From: a virus
IMG/VR virus record: IMGVR_UViG_3300025030_000011
Coordinates: 4,680-68,679 of that record
Direction: 5' to 3' (one strand)
DNA: 64,000 bases
The first letter of the stretch is position 1, and the number at the start of each line of letters is the position of its first letter. Below, one piece after another: positions 1 through 9,958 of this stretch. Both the position numbers and the translations under genes were made by a program. Below the pieces are notes generated by a model. That model ran no database searches. It saw only the letters and a list, made by a program, of their open reading frames with translations, and was not told the DNA's origin.

Positions 1-2239
1 TAATGCATGGTTAGAATTTGGTAAATTACCGGCCTTGTTTAAATCTGAATTGCAAGGCGCTCTTACTTCGATGAATGCGGGTTTGCGTAGGGGTTCTGTT
101 TCTTTGGGGGCTAGTGGTGCTGATTTTGATTATGCTCTTAGCAACACAACAGTAAAAGATATGGGTATTGCTACTGCTGGTAGAAGTGACGATGCTATTT
201 CTAAAGATATTATTGCCGCTTTTACTAAGATCGGTAACACGCTTATTGAAAAGGTGTTTCCTAACATCATGGAATTTGCTACTTCTGCAAGTGAAACTGC
301 AACTGATGTTTGGACACGTTTATCAACAGCAATAATGGATGTAAACTTTGAATTAAGTAAAGTTGGTAAAACTTTACTTTCATCTAGTTTAGCTAATGGC
401 GATTTAGCATTCAGACTTCAAGAATTAATGGGGGGCGCTGAAGAATTTTCAAAAAGCATAGATACTTATTTCAATAGTATATTTACAGATACAGAACAAA
501 AAGCGGCAACAGCAGCACAAGCAACTCAACAAGTTAAGATTGCTTTTATTGAAATGGGTTTAGCTGTGCCTACAACAAGAGAGCAATTTAAAGGTTTAGT
601 TAATTCAATGAATTTAACATCTACTTATGGAGCTTCTACATTTGCAGCTTTAATGGGTATATCTGAAGCATTTGGCATAATGATAGATGCTTCAGATGAA
701 GTGAAAAAAGCGATTGTTGAGTTTGCAAACGATTTAACTGTGCGTACTTTAAAGTTGGATGGTTTAACTAAAGCTGCTGAATTGTTTTCATTGCGGATAG
801 CCCAAGAAATAGAATACAATGATGCTCTTGAAGCTGGTATGGATGTAGCTGCATTAGCAATAGTACAAAACAGAGAATGGGCTGCTGCAATAGCTGATAC
901 AACGGGGATAATTACAGATTCAATCACTCTCCTTATTAATGCTGCAAAAGATTCAGCTTTAGCTATGATCGATGCACAAACAGCAATATTAAACACGATG
1001 AAAAATATTAAAACCGGGCCTCTTGCTCAACTTTCACCAGAAGCAGCATACCAACAAGCCCAAGCATCATTTGCTGCTATTATGAATAAAACGGATATAG
1101 ATTCACTTAAAGCTTTGCCTCAAACCGCTACAAGCTTGTTGGAAGCTTCAAAAGCATATAATGCAAGTAGTGTCGGGTATCAGAATGATTTGAATATGGT
1201 TCTTGGTGTGTTAGGTAATGCTGCTGGAATTAACGGTGATTCACCAGTAACACAACTAGACCAACAACTTATTTTGCTTGAAAGTATAAAGCAAGCAATA
1301 GTTAAAGGTGATTCTGAAAATCTTAGTGCTATTTTAAGCGGTAACGAAGTTGTACCGGCTACAGTAAACGAACAACTTGCTTCATTACTTGGCCCTAATT
1401 CAACATTAGCAAGTTTGATTGGTGCTTGGAATGAAGCAACAGCCGCAAAATTGTTAGCTGAAAAGAAAGAAGTAGCAACAGAAGTATATAACAGAGATTT
1501 AAGTAAATTCAATACAGCAATGAGTGGAATCAACGATCAATTTACAAGCGGTACAACATCTGCATCTACTTATTTGGAACAACAAAATGCAGCATTAGGT
1601 ACACTAGGCACATCACATGCTGCTGCGACAGCATTGGGGGCCACTGTAGGGGCATTACCTACAGTGGGCACAATAGACCCTTCTCTTTTAGCAGCAAGGC
1701 AAGCCACAGAACAGGCAACACAATCTTTAAGTAACATAGATGCAGCTAAGATTGTACTGGATATGGCTATTGGTTTAACTACAGCAAAAATAATGTGGGA
1801 TTTGAATAAAGACGGCATTGTAACTATTGCGGATGCTTTGTTAGTTATGCAAGGTAAACGTCCGTTAGGTTCAGTGTTAAGCCCAACCGTACCAACATCA
1901 GGTTATAATCCAGATGGTTCCAAAACTATGGTATTTCCTGCTTTTGCTAACGGTGGCTTTCATAGTGGAGGCTTGCGTATAGTTGGGGAACGTGGGCCGG
2001 AAATAGAAAACACAGGGGCGGCACGTTATTGGACTTCTGAACAAACGCAAAAGTTTTTGAGTGGGTCTGCTGACAACAAAAGGATTGAAGAACTATTGGA
2101 ACAACAAAACAATTCTATTACTGCCCAAAATAAACTTTTACAGACACAATTATTGATTACACAAGAACAATTGAAAGAACAACGGCAATCTACTAAATCA
2201 CAACAAAGCATTGAACAAAAAACAAAATTGGTGGCATAA
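1..2239 (+). CDS. Tail tape measure protein, C-terminal part (probably 5'-truncated by the window edge)
   Basis: Long Ala-rich helical ORF with the C-terminal FANGG...RIVGERGPE motif typical of TMPs; lies upstream of distal tail genes. Confidence 0.85.
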   Translation, partial: NAWLEFGKLPALFKSELQGALTSMNAGLRRGSVSLGASGADFDYALSNTTVKDMGIATAGRSDDAISKDIIAAFTKIGNTLIEKVFPNIMEFATSASETATDVWTRLSTAIMDVNFELSKVGKTLLSSSLANGDLAFRLQELMGGAEEFSKSIDTYFNSIFTDTEQKAATAAQATQQVKIAFIEMGLAVPTTREQFKGLVNSMNLTSTYGASTFAALMGISEAFGIMIDASDEVKKAIVEFANDLTVRTLKLDGLTKAAELFSLRIAQEIEYNDALEAGMDVAALAIVQNREWAAAIADTTGIITDSITLLINAAKDSALAMIDAQTAILNTMKNIKTGPLAQLSPEAAYQQAQASFAAIMNKTDIDSLKALPQTATSLLEASKAYNASSVGYQNDLNMVLGVLGNAAGINGDSPVTQLDQQLILLESIKQAIVKGDSENLSAILSGNEVVPATVNEQLASLLGPNSTLASLIGAWNEATAAKLLAEKKEVATEVYNRDLSKFNTAMSGINDQFTSGTTSASTYLEQQNAALGTLGTSHAAATALGATVGALPTVGTIDPSLLAARQATEQATQSLSNIDAAKIVLDMAIGLTTAKIMWDLNKDGIVTIADALLVMQGKRPLGSVLSPTVPTSGYNPDGSKTMVFPAFANGGFHSGGLRIVGERGPEIENTGAARYWTSEQTQKFLSGSADNKRIEELLEQQNNSITAQNKLLQTQLLITQEQLKEQRQSTKSQQSIEQKTKLVA

Positions 2240-2241
2240 CT

Positions 2242-4701
2242 ATGACTGAGCGAATATATTTAATGATTTTGTCAGGAGTTAACCCAAACACTCTTACAAC
2301 AGGTTATCACTATTTTAGCACTAAAGGGTTTACTTCAGCACCTACAGATACACCAGCAAGTAAATATTTTGTTCCAAGAATAACTAATCCCGGCATGTAT
2401 CAGCAATCTATGTTCTCCCCCGGCCAAACCGGGGGAGATTCATCTAGTAATCAAGGATTTTGTGAATTAACAAATGTAGATGGAATTTTAGACAACCTTA
2501 TTGATTGGGGTTTTGATGGCGGAGTTTATCAGATATTAGAAGGCCCGGAAGATGGGGACTTAACTGATTTCGTCACAGTTAACTACGGTACAATAAAACA
2601 AGTAGAATCTTCTTGGGATACAATAACAATCCGATACAGGGATAATGGAGAATTTTTAGATAAACCTGTAATTTTGAATTATTATTTGGGGGATAATGTA
2701 TTACCTGCTGGATTAGAAGGCGCGTCTGAATTAAAAGATAAACCTAAACCTAGATTATTTGGGTCAAGAAGAAATATAACACCTATTTGTGTAAATACAT
2801 CTAAACTAATTTATCAGTATAATGATGGAGCATCGTCAAGTGTTGGGGCTGTTCGTGATAACGGCGTGGCTTTAACAGTAGGTGTAAATCATGCTGACTC
2901 TACAGCTATGCTTGCTGCAACAGTTGCAGCAGGATATTATGACACTTGCCTTACTGAAGGTTTCATCCGTCTGGGTAGTTCTCCTACAGGACTTATTACA
3001 ATGGATGCTGTTAGCTCTACAATTCCAATAGGTCAACAATATAAAGCTTTAGTTGAAGAAAAATTAGCTGTTGGAAGTGTAGTAGAACAATCAATTATAG
3101 AATTAGATCGACTTATACCGGCATCTATAATATGGGGATACTATACAAGTACAAAAATAGATACAACTAAAAATGTATTTGATGCATTGTCTAAAGCAGG
3201 TATTTGGTGGGGTTTTGATAACTTAGGTAAATTTTGGGCGAAACAACTTATAATCCCAACTTCAACTAATTCTATAACTACATTAAATGTAGATAACAGC
3301 GTGTCTATAGAACGTACTGCAACAAGTGATAGTGATAAAGGCATGCCTGTTTGGAAAGTTACCTGTAATTACAATCGTAATGAAACCGTACAAACAACTG
3401 TTGCAGGTAGTGTAAATGCATCATTGTATAATAGCGAGTGGCAAACGGCTATCTATTCAGACGTAACAATTAAAACTTTGCATCCTCTCGCTGAAGAATT
3501 GATTGTTGACACCCCTTTCAATACCTATGCAGACGCTTTGGCTGAAGCTACAAGACTGTTTAATTTAAAATCCGTAAGAAGGGATAGACTTAAAATTAAT
3601 TTGCTATACGGGGCAAATGGGCCACTTGTTTACATTAAAGGAGGATATTGGGAAACTGAAGCTATAAGTGAATTACCTATAGATAGATATAATCATTGCA
3701 GTTCAGTGTATCAAAATTATGTATATGTAATTGGTGGCTTTATTTCAGGTGATAGTACAACTAGCGTTATCAGACTTGACTTAGATAATCCCACAGGGGC
3801 TTGGGATGATACAGGGGTCACAGATTTACCGTCAAAAAGAATGAATGCAGCAAGCGTTGTATATAACAATTATTTGTACGTTATTGGAGGTACTGACGGT
3901 TCTGCTATGAGTGATGTTATCAGGCTTGATCTAAGTAATCCTACCGGGGCTTGGGATGATACAGGGGTTACTGATTTACCTGTTGCAAAACATTCTTTAG
4001 CGGCGGTTGTGCATGACAACTATTTATATACAATTGGGGGAACGGGTTTTGCATATTATGACGATGTTATAAGACTTGACTTAGATAATCCTACCGGGGC
4101 TTGGAGTTCTATTGGAGATGTAACAAGCTTACCTGAAACTCGTTGGCTTTTATGCGCAAATATAAATCTTGACTATTTATATGTTGCAGGTGGGTTCGGG
4201 CCTGAAGGTGCTTTAACTTCAGCTATCAGACTTGATCTAAACAATCCTGCTGGGGCTTGGGAGAATTTGGAAGATATGCCGGGGATAGGTAGGATTGGGG
4301 CTACTTCTACAATATGTAATGATTATTTATATGTTATTGGTGGATGGGATGGAGATGCTGCTTATACTAACAGCGTTATCAGGCTTGATCTAAGTAATCC
4401 CACAGGGGCTTGGGATGATACAGGTGTTACTGACATGCCAGACGGACGTTACAGGCTTTCTTGTAATACATATAATAAAGCGATATATTCAATTAGTGGA
4501 GCAACAGCTACACCAAAAAATAATACTTGGAGATTAAGGAGTAATGAAAACCCGGAAGATTATTCACAATTAAATAGTTTAGGTAGGATCATAAATGTCA
4601 AAATGCCTAGATATGAGTATAATGCAGGCAAGCCTATGAGAATGATTGGGCAAGAAATAAATCATCAAACTAAAGAAATAACTTTAGACCTTTGGGGGTA
4701 A
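2242..4701 (+). CDS. Tail tip/hub protein with inserted Kelch beta-propeller
   Basis: KPKPRLFG..N..P and C-terminal TLDLWG of phage tail proteins; about 6 Kelch blades (YVIGG...W) at ~3640-4540. Confidence 0.75.
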   Translation: MTERIYLMILSGVNPNTLTTGYHYFSTKGFTSAPTDTPASKYFVPRITNPGMYQQSMFSPGQTGGDSSSNQGFCELTNVDGILDNLIDWGFDGGVYQILEGPEDGDLTDFVTVNYGTIKQVESSWDTITIRYRDNGEFLDKPVILNYYLGDNVLPAGLEGASELKDKPKPRLFGSRRNITPICVNTSKLIYQYNDGASSSVGAVRDNGVALTVGVNHADSTAMLAATVAAGYYDTCLTEGFIRLGSSPTGLITMDAVSSTIPIGQQYKALVEEKLAVGSVVEQSIIELDRLIPASIIWGYYTSTKIDTTKNVFDALSKAGIWWGFDNLGKFWAKQLIIPTSTNSITTLNVDNSVSIERTATSDSDKGMPVWKVTCNYNRNETVQTTVAGSVNASLYNSEWQTAIYSDVTIKTLHPLAEELIVDTPFNTYADALAEATRLFNLKSVRRDRLKINLLYGANGPLVYIKGGYWETEAISELPIDRYNHCSSVYQNYVYVIGGFISGDSTTSVIRLDLDNPTGAWDDTGVTDLPSKRMNAASVVYNNYLYVIGGTDGSAMSDVIRLDLSNPTGAWDDTGVTDLPVAKHSLAAVVHDNYLYTIGGTGFAYYDDVIRLDLDNPTGAWSSIGDVTSLPETRWLLCANINLDYLYVAGGFGPEGALTSAIRLDLNNPAGAWENLEDMPGIGRIGATSTICNDYLYVIGGWDGDAAYTNSVIRLDLSNPTGAWDDTGVTDMPDGRYRLSCNTYNKAIYSISGATATPKNNTWRLRSNENPEDYSQLNSLGRIINVKMPRYEYNAGKPMRMIGQEINHQTKEITLDLWG

Positions 4702-4707
4702 TCATAT

Positions 4708-5583
4708 ATGAGTACAATAATGTCTTATCCAGATAGAACTTTATTAGCCACACTATCAGGAGGTTCTTGGAATAGTGCTTACCCTCTAGGTAATATACAA
4801 GACGATCAACTTTCAGTTAAAGCTAGGTCTACAAATGCTTTAACTACTTCCACAATTATTTTAATTGATTTGGGTTCAACAGCAAGAGCTATTAGGTGCT
4901 TAGGTTTACTTAGTCATACAATTTCTTATGCTGGTACAATAAGGGTTAGGGGGTATTCTGATAGTGGATATACAACATTAGTCACGGATGCTGATACGGG
5001 AACGGTTTATGCTTATGACCAAACATTAGGTTCTGAAATGTCAACAAATTACCCCGATCATTGGATTTATGCGTTTAGTTCTGCTAAAACGGCAAGATAT
5101 TGGAAAATTGAAATAACTGACACAACTAATGCAGCAGGGTTTGTTGAACTAGGTAGAGTTTGGTTAGGTGAAGGAACTTTAGCTCCAACAGTCTCAATTG
5201 CTTATGGAACATCTTTAGGTTATGAGTCTAGGGATGTTGTAGTAGAGTCTATAGGCGGAGCTATTTGGGGGGATTCCAAAGCTTCAAGACGTGTAATAGG
5301 AGGAACATTTGAAGCATTAACAGGGGAAGAACAACGAACAGCTTTGATTATGCAAAAAACTTTAGGTAAAACTGGCGAATTACTTTTTATATTGAATAGT
5401 GAGAACACAGCTATAGACATGCAATTACAATCATTCCCTGCTACTATGCGAAATGTGAATCTTTTGGAATTTTCTTATTTTCAAAATAGTTCAAATAGTA
5501 TAGATTTTGTAGAAATTCTAAATAACAACAATGTTGAATATATAATGGGGGGTGGGGCGTCTGATGTGTATGCTAGGCAATAA
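4708..5583 (+). CDS. Minor tail protein
   Basis: ARYWKIEITD...GFVELGRVWLG motif common in siphophage tail proteins; position. Confidence 0.7.
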   Translation: MSTIMSYPDRTLLATLSGGSWNSAYPLGNIQDDQLSVKARSTNALTTSTIILIDLGSTARAIRCLGLLSHTISYAGTIRVRGYSDSGYTTLVTDADTGTVYAYDQTLGSEMSTNYPDHWIYAFSSAKTARYWKIEITDTTNAAGFVELGRVWLGEGTLAPTVSIAYGTSLGYESRDVVVESIGGAIWGDSKASRRVIGGTFEALTGEEQRTALIMQKTLGKTGELLFILNSENTAIDMQLQSFPATMRNVNLLEFSYFQNSSNSIDFVEILNNNNVEYIMGGGASDVYARQ

Positions 5584-5595
5584 AAGGAGTTATTC

Positions 5596-6828
5596 ATGAG
5601 CATGACAACAATTAAACGTATTCAAGTGGCTTTTGATGTTGCAGCAAATTGGGCATCGGTCAATCCAATTTTAGGGAAAGGGGAAATAGGTGTTGAAACT
5701 GATGGCAGTTACCCGAAATATAAATTAGGAGATGGTGTAACAAATTGGAGTAGTCTCACAAAAGGTTTTTGTCCTGTGGGTGGCCCTGGATCAAATCAGG
5801 CATTTAGTATAGGAACACTAACTGTTGGCCCAGATAATACTATTCTACAGTATAGAACAGATAATACATCTGCATCAAAATATGTCTTGCAGGCATACCG
5901 GGGCAACGGGACTGGCACCAGCGGCACAATCATCACCACAGGTAATGCTTCCAACGGTGTGGCTTCGATAGGTTTTGGGATTGGAACATCGCTGGTTATT
6001 GCTGCGACAGCTACGGGGGCAATAGTAACAGGTACACTGTCTACTGGTGCGCTGACTGCGACTTCTGTAGTTACAACAGGGGATGGGCGTGTAGGTTCTG
6101 CTACAACTGTTTATAATGCCAGATTTGAAGTAATCAAAGGGGCGGCTGATGCTTACGTAAATGTCGGAGATGAATTTACAGCGGCAACAGCAAACAAGAA
6201 TATTGCACTTGGTACAGGTGGTTATCGTAATGTTCTTACTATAAATGGGCAAACAGGTTCGGTTGCAGCAACTAGGTCAACTACAGGTTTGTTGCTTAAC
6301 TCCTTTTATAGCTCCAATGCGTATGCTGCTGCTTCCCTGCTTGTAAACTGCAATACAGGTAATGGCACAATACATTTTTACACTGGTACAGGTTCAGTTG
6401 AGACACCTATAGAACGGGTGATGATTAGCTCAACAGGTCTTACTGTAGCAGGAGGTGTATTAAGACTATCCCAAGCAACTAATACAACAAATCTTGGTGA
6501 TAAGCTTGGTAGGGTAGAATTTCACTCATCCGACAGTTCAACTAATGCAGCAAAAGTCTATGGCTCAGTAAATGTTGTCGCTGATGCTAATTTTGATGGT
6601 GTAACTACACGTGGTGTTTATATGGCTTTCCATGTAGGCACACTTGCAACGCCTGATGTAGAATATATGCGACTTTCCTCAACTGGTCTCGCTGTAACAG
6701 GTGATGTAAGTGCAACTACACTTAGGATTAATACAGCACCATCAACGTCAACAGCAACAGCATCTACACATAAAGTAGCAGTTAACTTAAATGGTACTAC
6801 ATATTATTTACTTGCTACAAATGCATAA
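5596..6828 (+). CDS. Tail fiber / receptor-binding protein
   Basis: N-terminal W..VNPILGKGEIGVETD...K.GDGVTNW anchor domain; G/T/A-rich beta body; ERVMISSTG/EYMRLSSTG repeats. Confidence 0.75.
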   Translation: MSMTTIKRIQVAFDVAANWASVNPILGKGEIGVETDGSYPKYKLGDGVTNWSSLTKGFCPVGGPGSNQAFSIGTLTVGPDNTILQYRTDNTSASKYVLQAYRGNGTGTSGTIITTGNASNGVASIGFGIGTSLVIAATATGAIVTGTLSTGALTATSVVTTGDGRVGSATTVYNARFEVIKGAADAYVNVGDEFTAATANKNIALGTGGYRNVLTINGQTGSVAATRSTTGLLLNSFYSSNAYAAASLLVNCNTGNGTIHFYTGTGSVETPIERVMISSTGLTVAGGVLRLSQATNTTNLGDKLGRVEFHSSDSSTNAAKVYGSVNVVADANFDGVTTRGVYMAFHVGTLATPDVEYMRLSSTGLAVTGDVSATTLRINTAPSTSTATASTHKVAVNLNGTTYYLLATNA

Positions 6829-6920
6829 ACACTCTTACCACAGCTAGGCTTATAACCGAAAAGGAGAACCTTACTCCCTGCTGTGGCAATACCCATAAGG
6901 ACTATCCAAAGGAGATAGAA

Positions 6921-7226
6921 ATGAAAGTTAATCTGAATGTTCCACTTGTAGCGCTTGATGGAGAAGTAGTAGAGCAAGATAATAAAATTGTTATACTCAA
7001 TACTTTGTGTATCAACGCTTTACTACAATCAGAAGACCCAGCAAATAAGTTTAAATGCTTTACATTGGCAACTAAACTTAATAATGCTACAGGTGGGGGT
7101 ATTGAGATAACAACCGAAGAAGGGGCATTTATTAAAGAAATTATAAACAAGTCTCAATATACACCATTAGTTGTTGGTAGGGTTTTTGAAGCTATAGAAG
7201 GTAATACAACAATCATTGAGGGGTAA
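6921..7226 (+). CDS. Putative tail fiber-associated small protein
   Basis: AGGAG RBS; follows the fiber gene; YTPLVVGR motif. Confidence 0.5.
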   Translation: MKVNLNVPLVALDGEVVEQDNKIVILNTLCINALLQSEDPANKFKCFTLATKLNNATGGGIEITTEEGAFIKEIINKSQYTPLVVGRVFEAIEGNTTIIEG

Positions 7227-7229
7227 AAA

Positions 7230-7436
7230 ATGAAAAAGATCGTTCTTCTTATAGTCCTATCTGTTGTGCTTTCCGGTTGCATACGCCTTAGGGGTATTGA
7301 GCATAGCGTGTACGGCGGGATGTCCCGTAGTCATTCAGGCGGGGAGGTGTATTCGGAAAACCCCTCTGGGCATCAAGAGCAGGGTGGTGGTTGGAGCATA
7401 GGATCAAAAATCAAAACAATATGGGTAGTTAAATAA
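7230..7436 (+). CDS. Small lipoprotein
   Basis: MKK + hydrophobic stretch + LSGC lipobox. Confidence 0.65.
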   Translation: MKKIVLLIVLSVVLSGCIRLRGIEHSVYGGMSRSHSGGEVYSENPSGHQEQGGGWSIGSKIKTIWVVK

Positions 7437-7439
7437 AAA

Positions 7440-7470
7440 GAAACCCCCTAGATGTTCTTAGGGGGTTTTC
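7440..7470. terminator. Bidirectional intrinsic terminator
   Basis: AAACCCCCTA-loop-TAGGGGGTTT between convergent gene blocks. Confidence 0.8.
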
Positions 7471-7475
7471 TAATA

Positions 7476-7721
7476 TTAATCAAGTTTGATTTTTATTCCA
7501 ATTAACTTTGCTGCATATAAAGCTTTTCCAATACTTTCTGCATTTAGGATTTTTTCATATTGGTCTTTAGGTGTATCTTTGAATAAATAAGTATCCCCTT
7601 TTATATAGGCCACATACATATCTTTATTCATATAGCCTATTTCTTTTATATTACTGCTTTTTACTGGATGCATTACTAATTTTGGTTTTACTTGTTTAGG
7701 TTGTTTCTTAGTGGTTCTCAT
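7476..7721 (-). CDS. KTSC domain protein
   Basis: VKSSNIKEIGY...A.SIGK motif. Confidence 0.8.
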   Translation of the reverse strand: MRTTKKQPKQVKPKLVMHPVKSSNIKEIGYMNKDMYVAYIKGDTYLFKDTPKDQYEKILNAESIGKALYAAKLIGIKIKLD

Positions 7722-8083
7722 AGTCTAATCTCACAATTCATTTCATCTGAAGTTTGGTTAAATTTATCTTTTACAGCTAACCCTAAATCAATCCCAAGTC
7801 TAGCTGCTAATAAATCTGCATATATTATAGTATCGGCTAATTCTTTTGAAATTTGGTACTTTAGTGCTTGTATATCTAACTCTAGCATATTTGGTTTATT
7901 TTGATAATCTTTTAAATTATCTGTAATTCTTTTTAGTTTCTTTACCTTATTACAAGTCTCCCCTGCTTCCCCCGCCATAGCACAAGCCCAATCAGTTGGA
8001 CTCCAATCATCTATAGGATGAAATATACTTTCACACCTTTTTGTGTTTGTTTCACGTAAACTTTTAAAATCTAAATTATCCAA
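7718..8083 (-). CDS. MazG-like nucleotide pyrophosphohydrolase
   Basis: GEAGE..N.VKK...ELAD..IY motif; likely TTG start at 8083 after AGGAG. Confidence 0.8.
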   Translation of the reverse strand: MDNLDFKSLRETNTKRCESIFHPIDDWSPTDWACAMAGEAGETCNKVKKLKRITDNLKDYQNKPNMLELDIQALKYQISKELADTIIYADLLAARLGIDLGLAVKDKFNQTSDEMNCEIRL

Positions 8084-8675
8084 TTTGCGATACTCCTTTC
8101 TTTTTGGAAATTGTGAAAATTTTATCGGCTGATTCAGCAAGTGTTGTATTGTGTGTAACAAAGATAAACTGTAGTCCCAAACGCTTTGCAATAGACCCCA
8201 AAAGTTCACTAGCTTTTTCTTGATAACATGCACTCACATTTTTAAAAGGTTCATCCAGAAAGAAAATAGGGCGGGTTCTGTTTTGCTTTAAAGACCAAAG
8301 AGAAATACGTAAAGCAAATGAAGCAATATCTATAGCCCCTCCCCCTGAAGCTGAAATAGGTTTTATTCTTTCCCCGGCACGTACAAACCACAAATCACAC
8401 TCAATTTGTGATCTTCTATTTTGAAAATCTACCTCAAATTCATAACCATCTTCTTCAAATACAGCTTCTAAAGCAAGTGCTACAAGTGAACTAATTTGGA
8501 ATTTAAGAGACATTTGTGTAAGCCTTGCAACCTCCTGAATGATACATTGGGCTTGCTCTAGGTCTTTCATTCGTACCTGAAGCAAACCAAGACGTTCTAT
8601 AGCTGTTTCTAAAGATGATCTGCTTTGATTTCTTTCCCCTTTCTTCTGATTCAGTAATGCGGTGTAGTTTCTCAT
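8076..8675 (-). CDS. SbcC/Rad50-like ATPase, C-terminal half
   Basis: SGGG signature, FFLDEPF Walker B/D-loop, VTH H-loop; no Walker A. Confidence 0.85.
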   Translation of the reverse strand: MRNYTALLNQKKGERNQSRSSLETAIERLGLLQVRMKDLEQAQCIIQEVARLTQMSLKFQISSLVALALEAVFEEDGYEFEVDFQNRRSQIECDLWFVRAGERIKPISASGGGAIDIASFALRISLWSLKQNRTRPIFFLDEPFKNVSACYQEKASELLGSIAKRLGLQFIFVTHNTTLAESADKIFTISKKKGVSQIG

Positions 8676-8979
8676 ATGTTATCACGGCCATTTATATTTG
8701 ACTAAATATAAAAAATATAATCCTAGTACAGCTAAACCTAACACAATTAATACACTTGTTATTTTCAATACTAATATTAGCCCAAGAGGTATTATGATAG
8801 TCATTATTTAAAATCTCCTTTTCTATTTAATCGTAAGACGATCATTGATAAGACATTCATTGTTTGTATTATATAAATCAAAAGCACATTTACATTTAAT
8901 CCAATATTTGCATTTATAACAAGTTAAATCTTTCATTTTAAGTTCAACTCTAATATCAGTATCGACTATTAATTGTTCA

Positions 8980-9222
8980 CTACCACTCATAAGATTTCTC
9001 CAGTTTTTCGATAGCTAATTCAATTTCCGTTTCAATCTCTTCTTGATCTTTCTGCAACTTCTTTAATTTGAGTTGTGCTTTTTCTAAAGTAGTTACTCCA
9101 AAATCTTCTTTCAATCTTTGTAATGAGGATTTTAAAGAACCTTCAGCTTTAGCTTTCTCCAACTTTGCATTTCCGATTTCCTCTTTTAAGTCTACCAATC
9201 GTTGAATTGTTTTTTCTTTCAT
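8980..9222 (-). CDS. Small coiled-coil protein within the SbcCD cluster
   Basis: Heptad-like L/E/K composition; GGAG RBS before ATG 9222. Confidence 0.6.
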   Translation of the reverse strand: MKEKTIQRLVDLKEEIGNAKLEKAKAEGSLKSSLQRLKEDFGVTTLEKAQLKLKKLQKDQEEIETEIELAIEKLEKSYEW

Positions 9223-9232
9223 ATCATCTCCA

Positions 9233-9781
9233 TCAAAATGGTATATCATCTACAATCTTTAAGCTAATACCTACTTCTGCTATATCCTCTTTATCCCACT
9301 TGAACACATCACGTAAGAGTATTTTGCACTCCAATTCACTTTGACGTTTTGCTACCCCTAGTTTTCTACAATTATTACGATTAGGCGCAGGACACATAAA
9401 ACATTTATCTTTTTCTCTATCATAATACCAATAAAAAATAACCTCTCTTTCTTTTGTATTTACATATCCTTCTTTATCAATAGTCTTGATTGCTTTACTT
9501 TTCTTATTAACTATATTCTTTTTCAACTTTATGTCTTTTTTCTCAATCCTTGTATAATCCCCAACTGTTGCTTTGCAAAGAGTTATATCTAATTCATCTT
9601 TAGTTATATGATTCCAAAATTGTTTTAGTATTTGTTCATTTGGGCAAGTTATTATAACTGAACAATCTGGAATTTCATCTACTAATAAATAAGCTGAACA
9701 ACCAATCCAAATTTGAGCACCTAATTGAAATCCAATTTGACCGTCTATAATCTCAAAAGGTGTTACTTTAGGTTTAACCAT
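9233..9781 (-). CDS. Hypothetical protein
   Basis: 182-aa ORF in operon context. Confidence 0.55.
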   Translation of the reverse strand: MVKPKVTPFEIIDGQIGFQLGAQIWIGCSAYLLVDEIPDCSVIITCPNEQILKQFWNHITKDELDITLCKATVGDYTRIEKKDIKLKKNIVNKKSKAIKTIDKEGYVNTKEREVIFYWYYDREKDKCFMCPAPNRNNCRKLGVAKRQSELECKILLRDVFKWDKEDIAEVGISLKIVDDIPF

Positions 9782-9958
9782 CTACGATACACCCCCTTTC
9801 GTATTTAATTTCTGGAGTAAAGCAAGGACATTCATAAACTTCATTTTTGATATATGCTTCCACTGCTAATTCATTTACTCTTTCTTTAACTTTACAACGC
9901 CAACTAACATTACAGCCTTGACAAGGTTCTGGGGGTCTTTCTTCCACTGTTTACCCTC

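Noticed and set aside
5596-6828. Mtd-like fiber suggesting a diversity-generating retroelement
   Set aside because: Only the N-terminal anchor is similar; no RT or template repeat seen in the window
8084-8233. Long N-terminal extensions in the ORF track (MazG, SSB-like, SbcC-N, VWA, clamp, ThyX)
   Set aside because: They mostly overlap upstream genes; downstream starts with RBSs or tight coupling fit better
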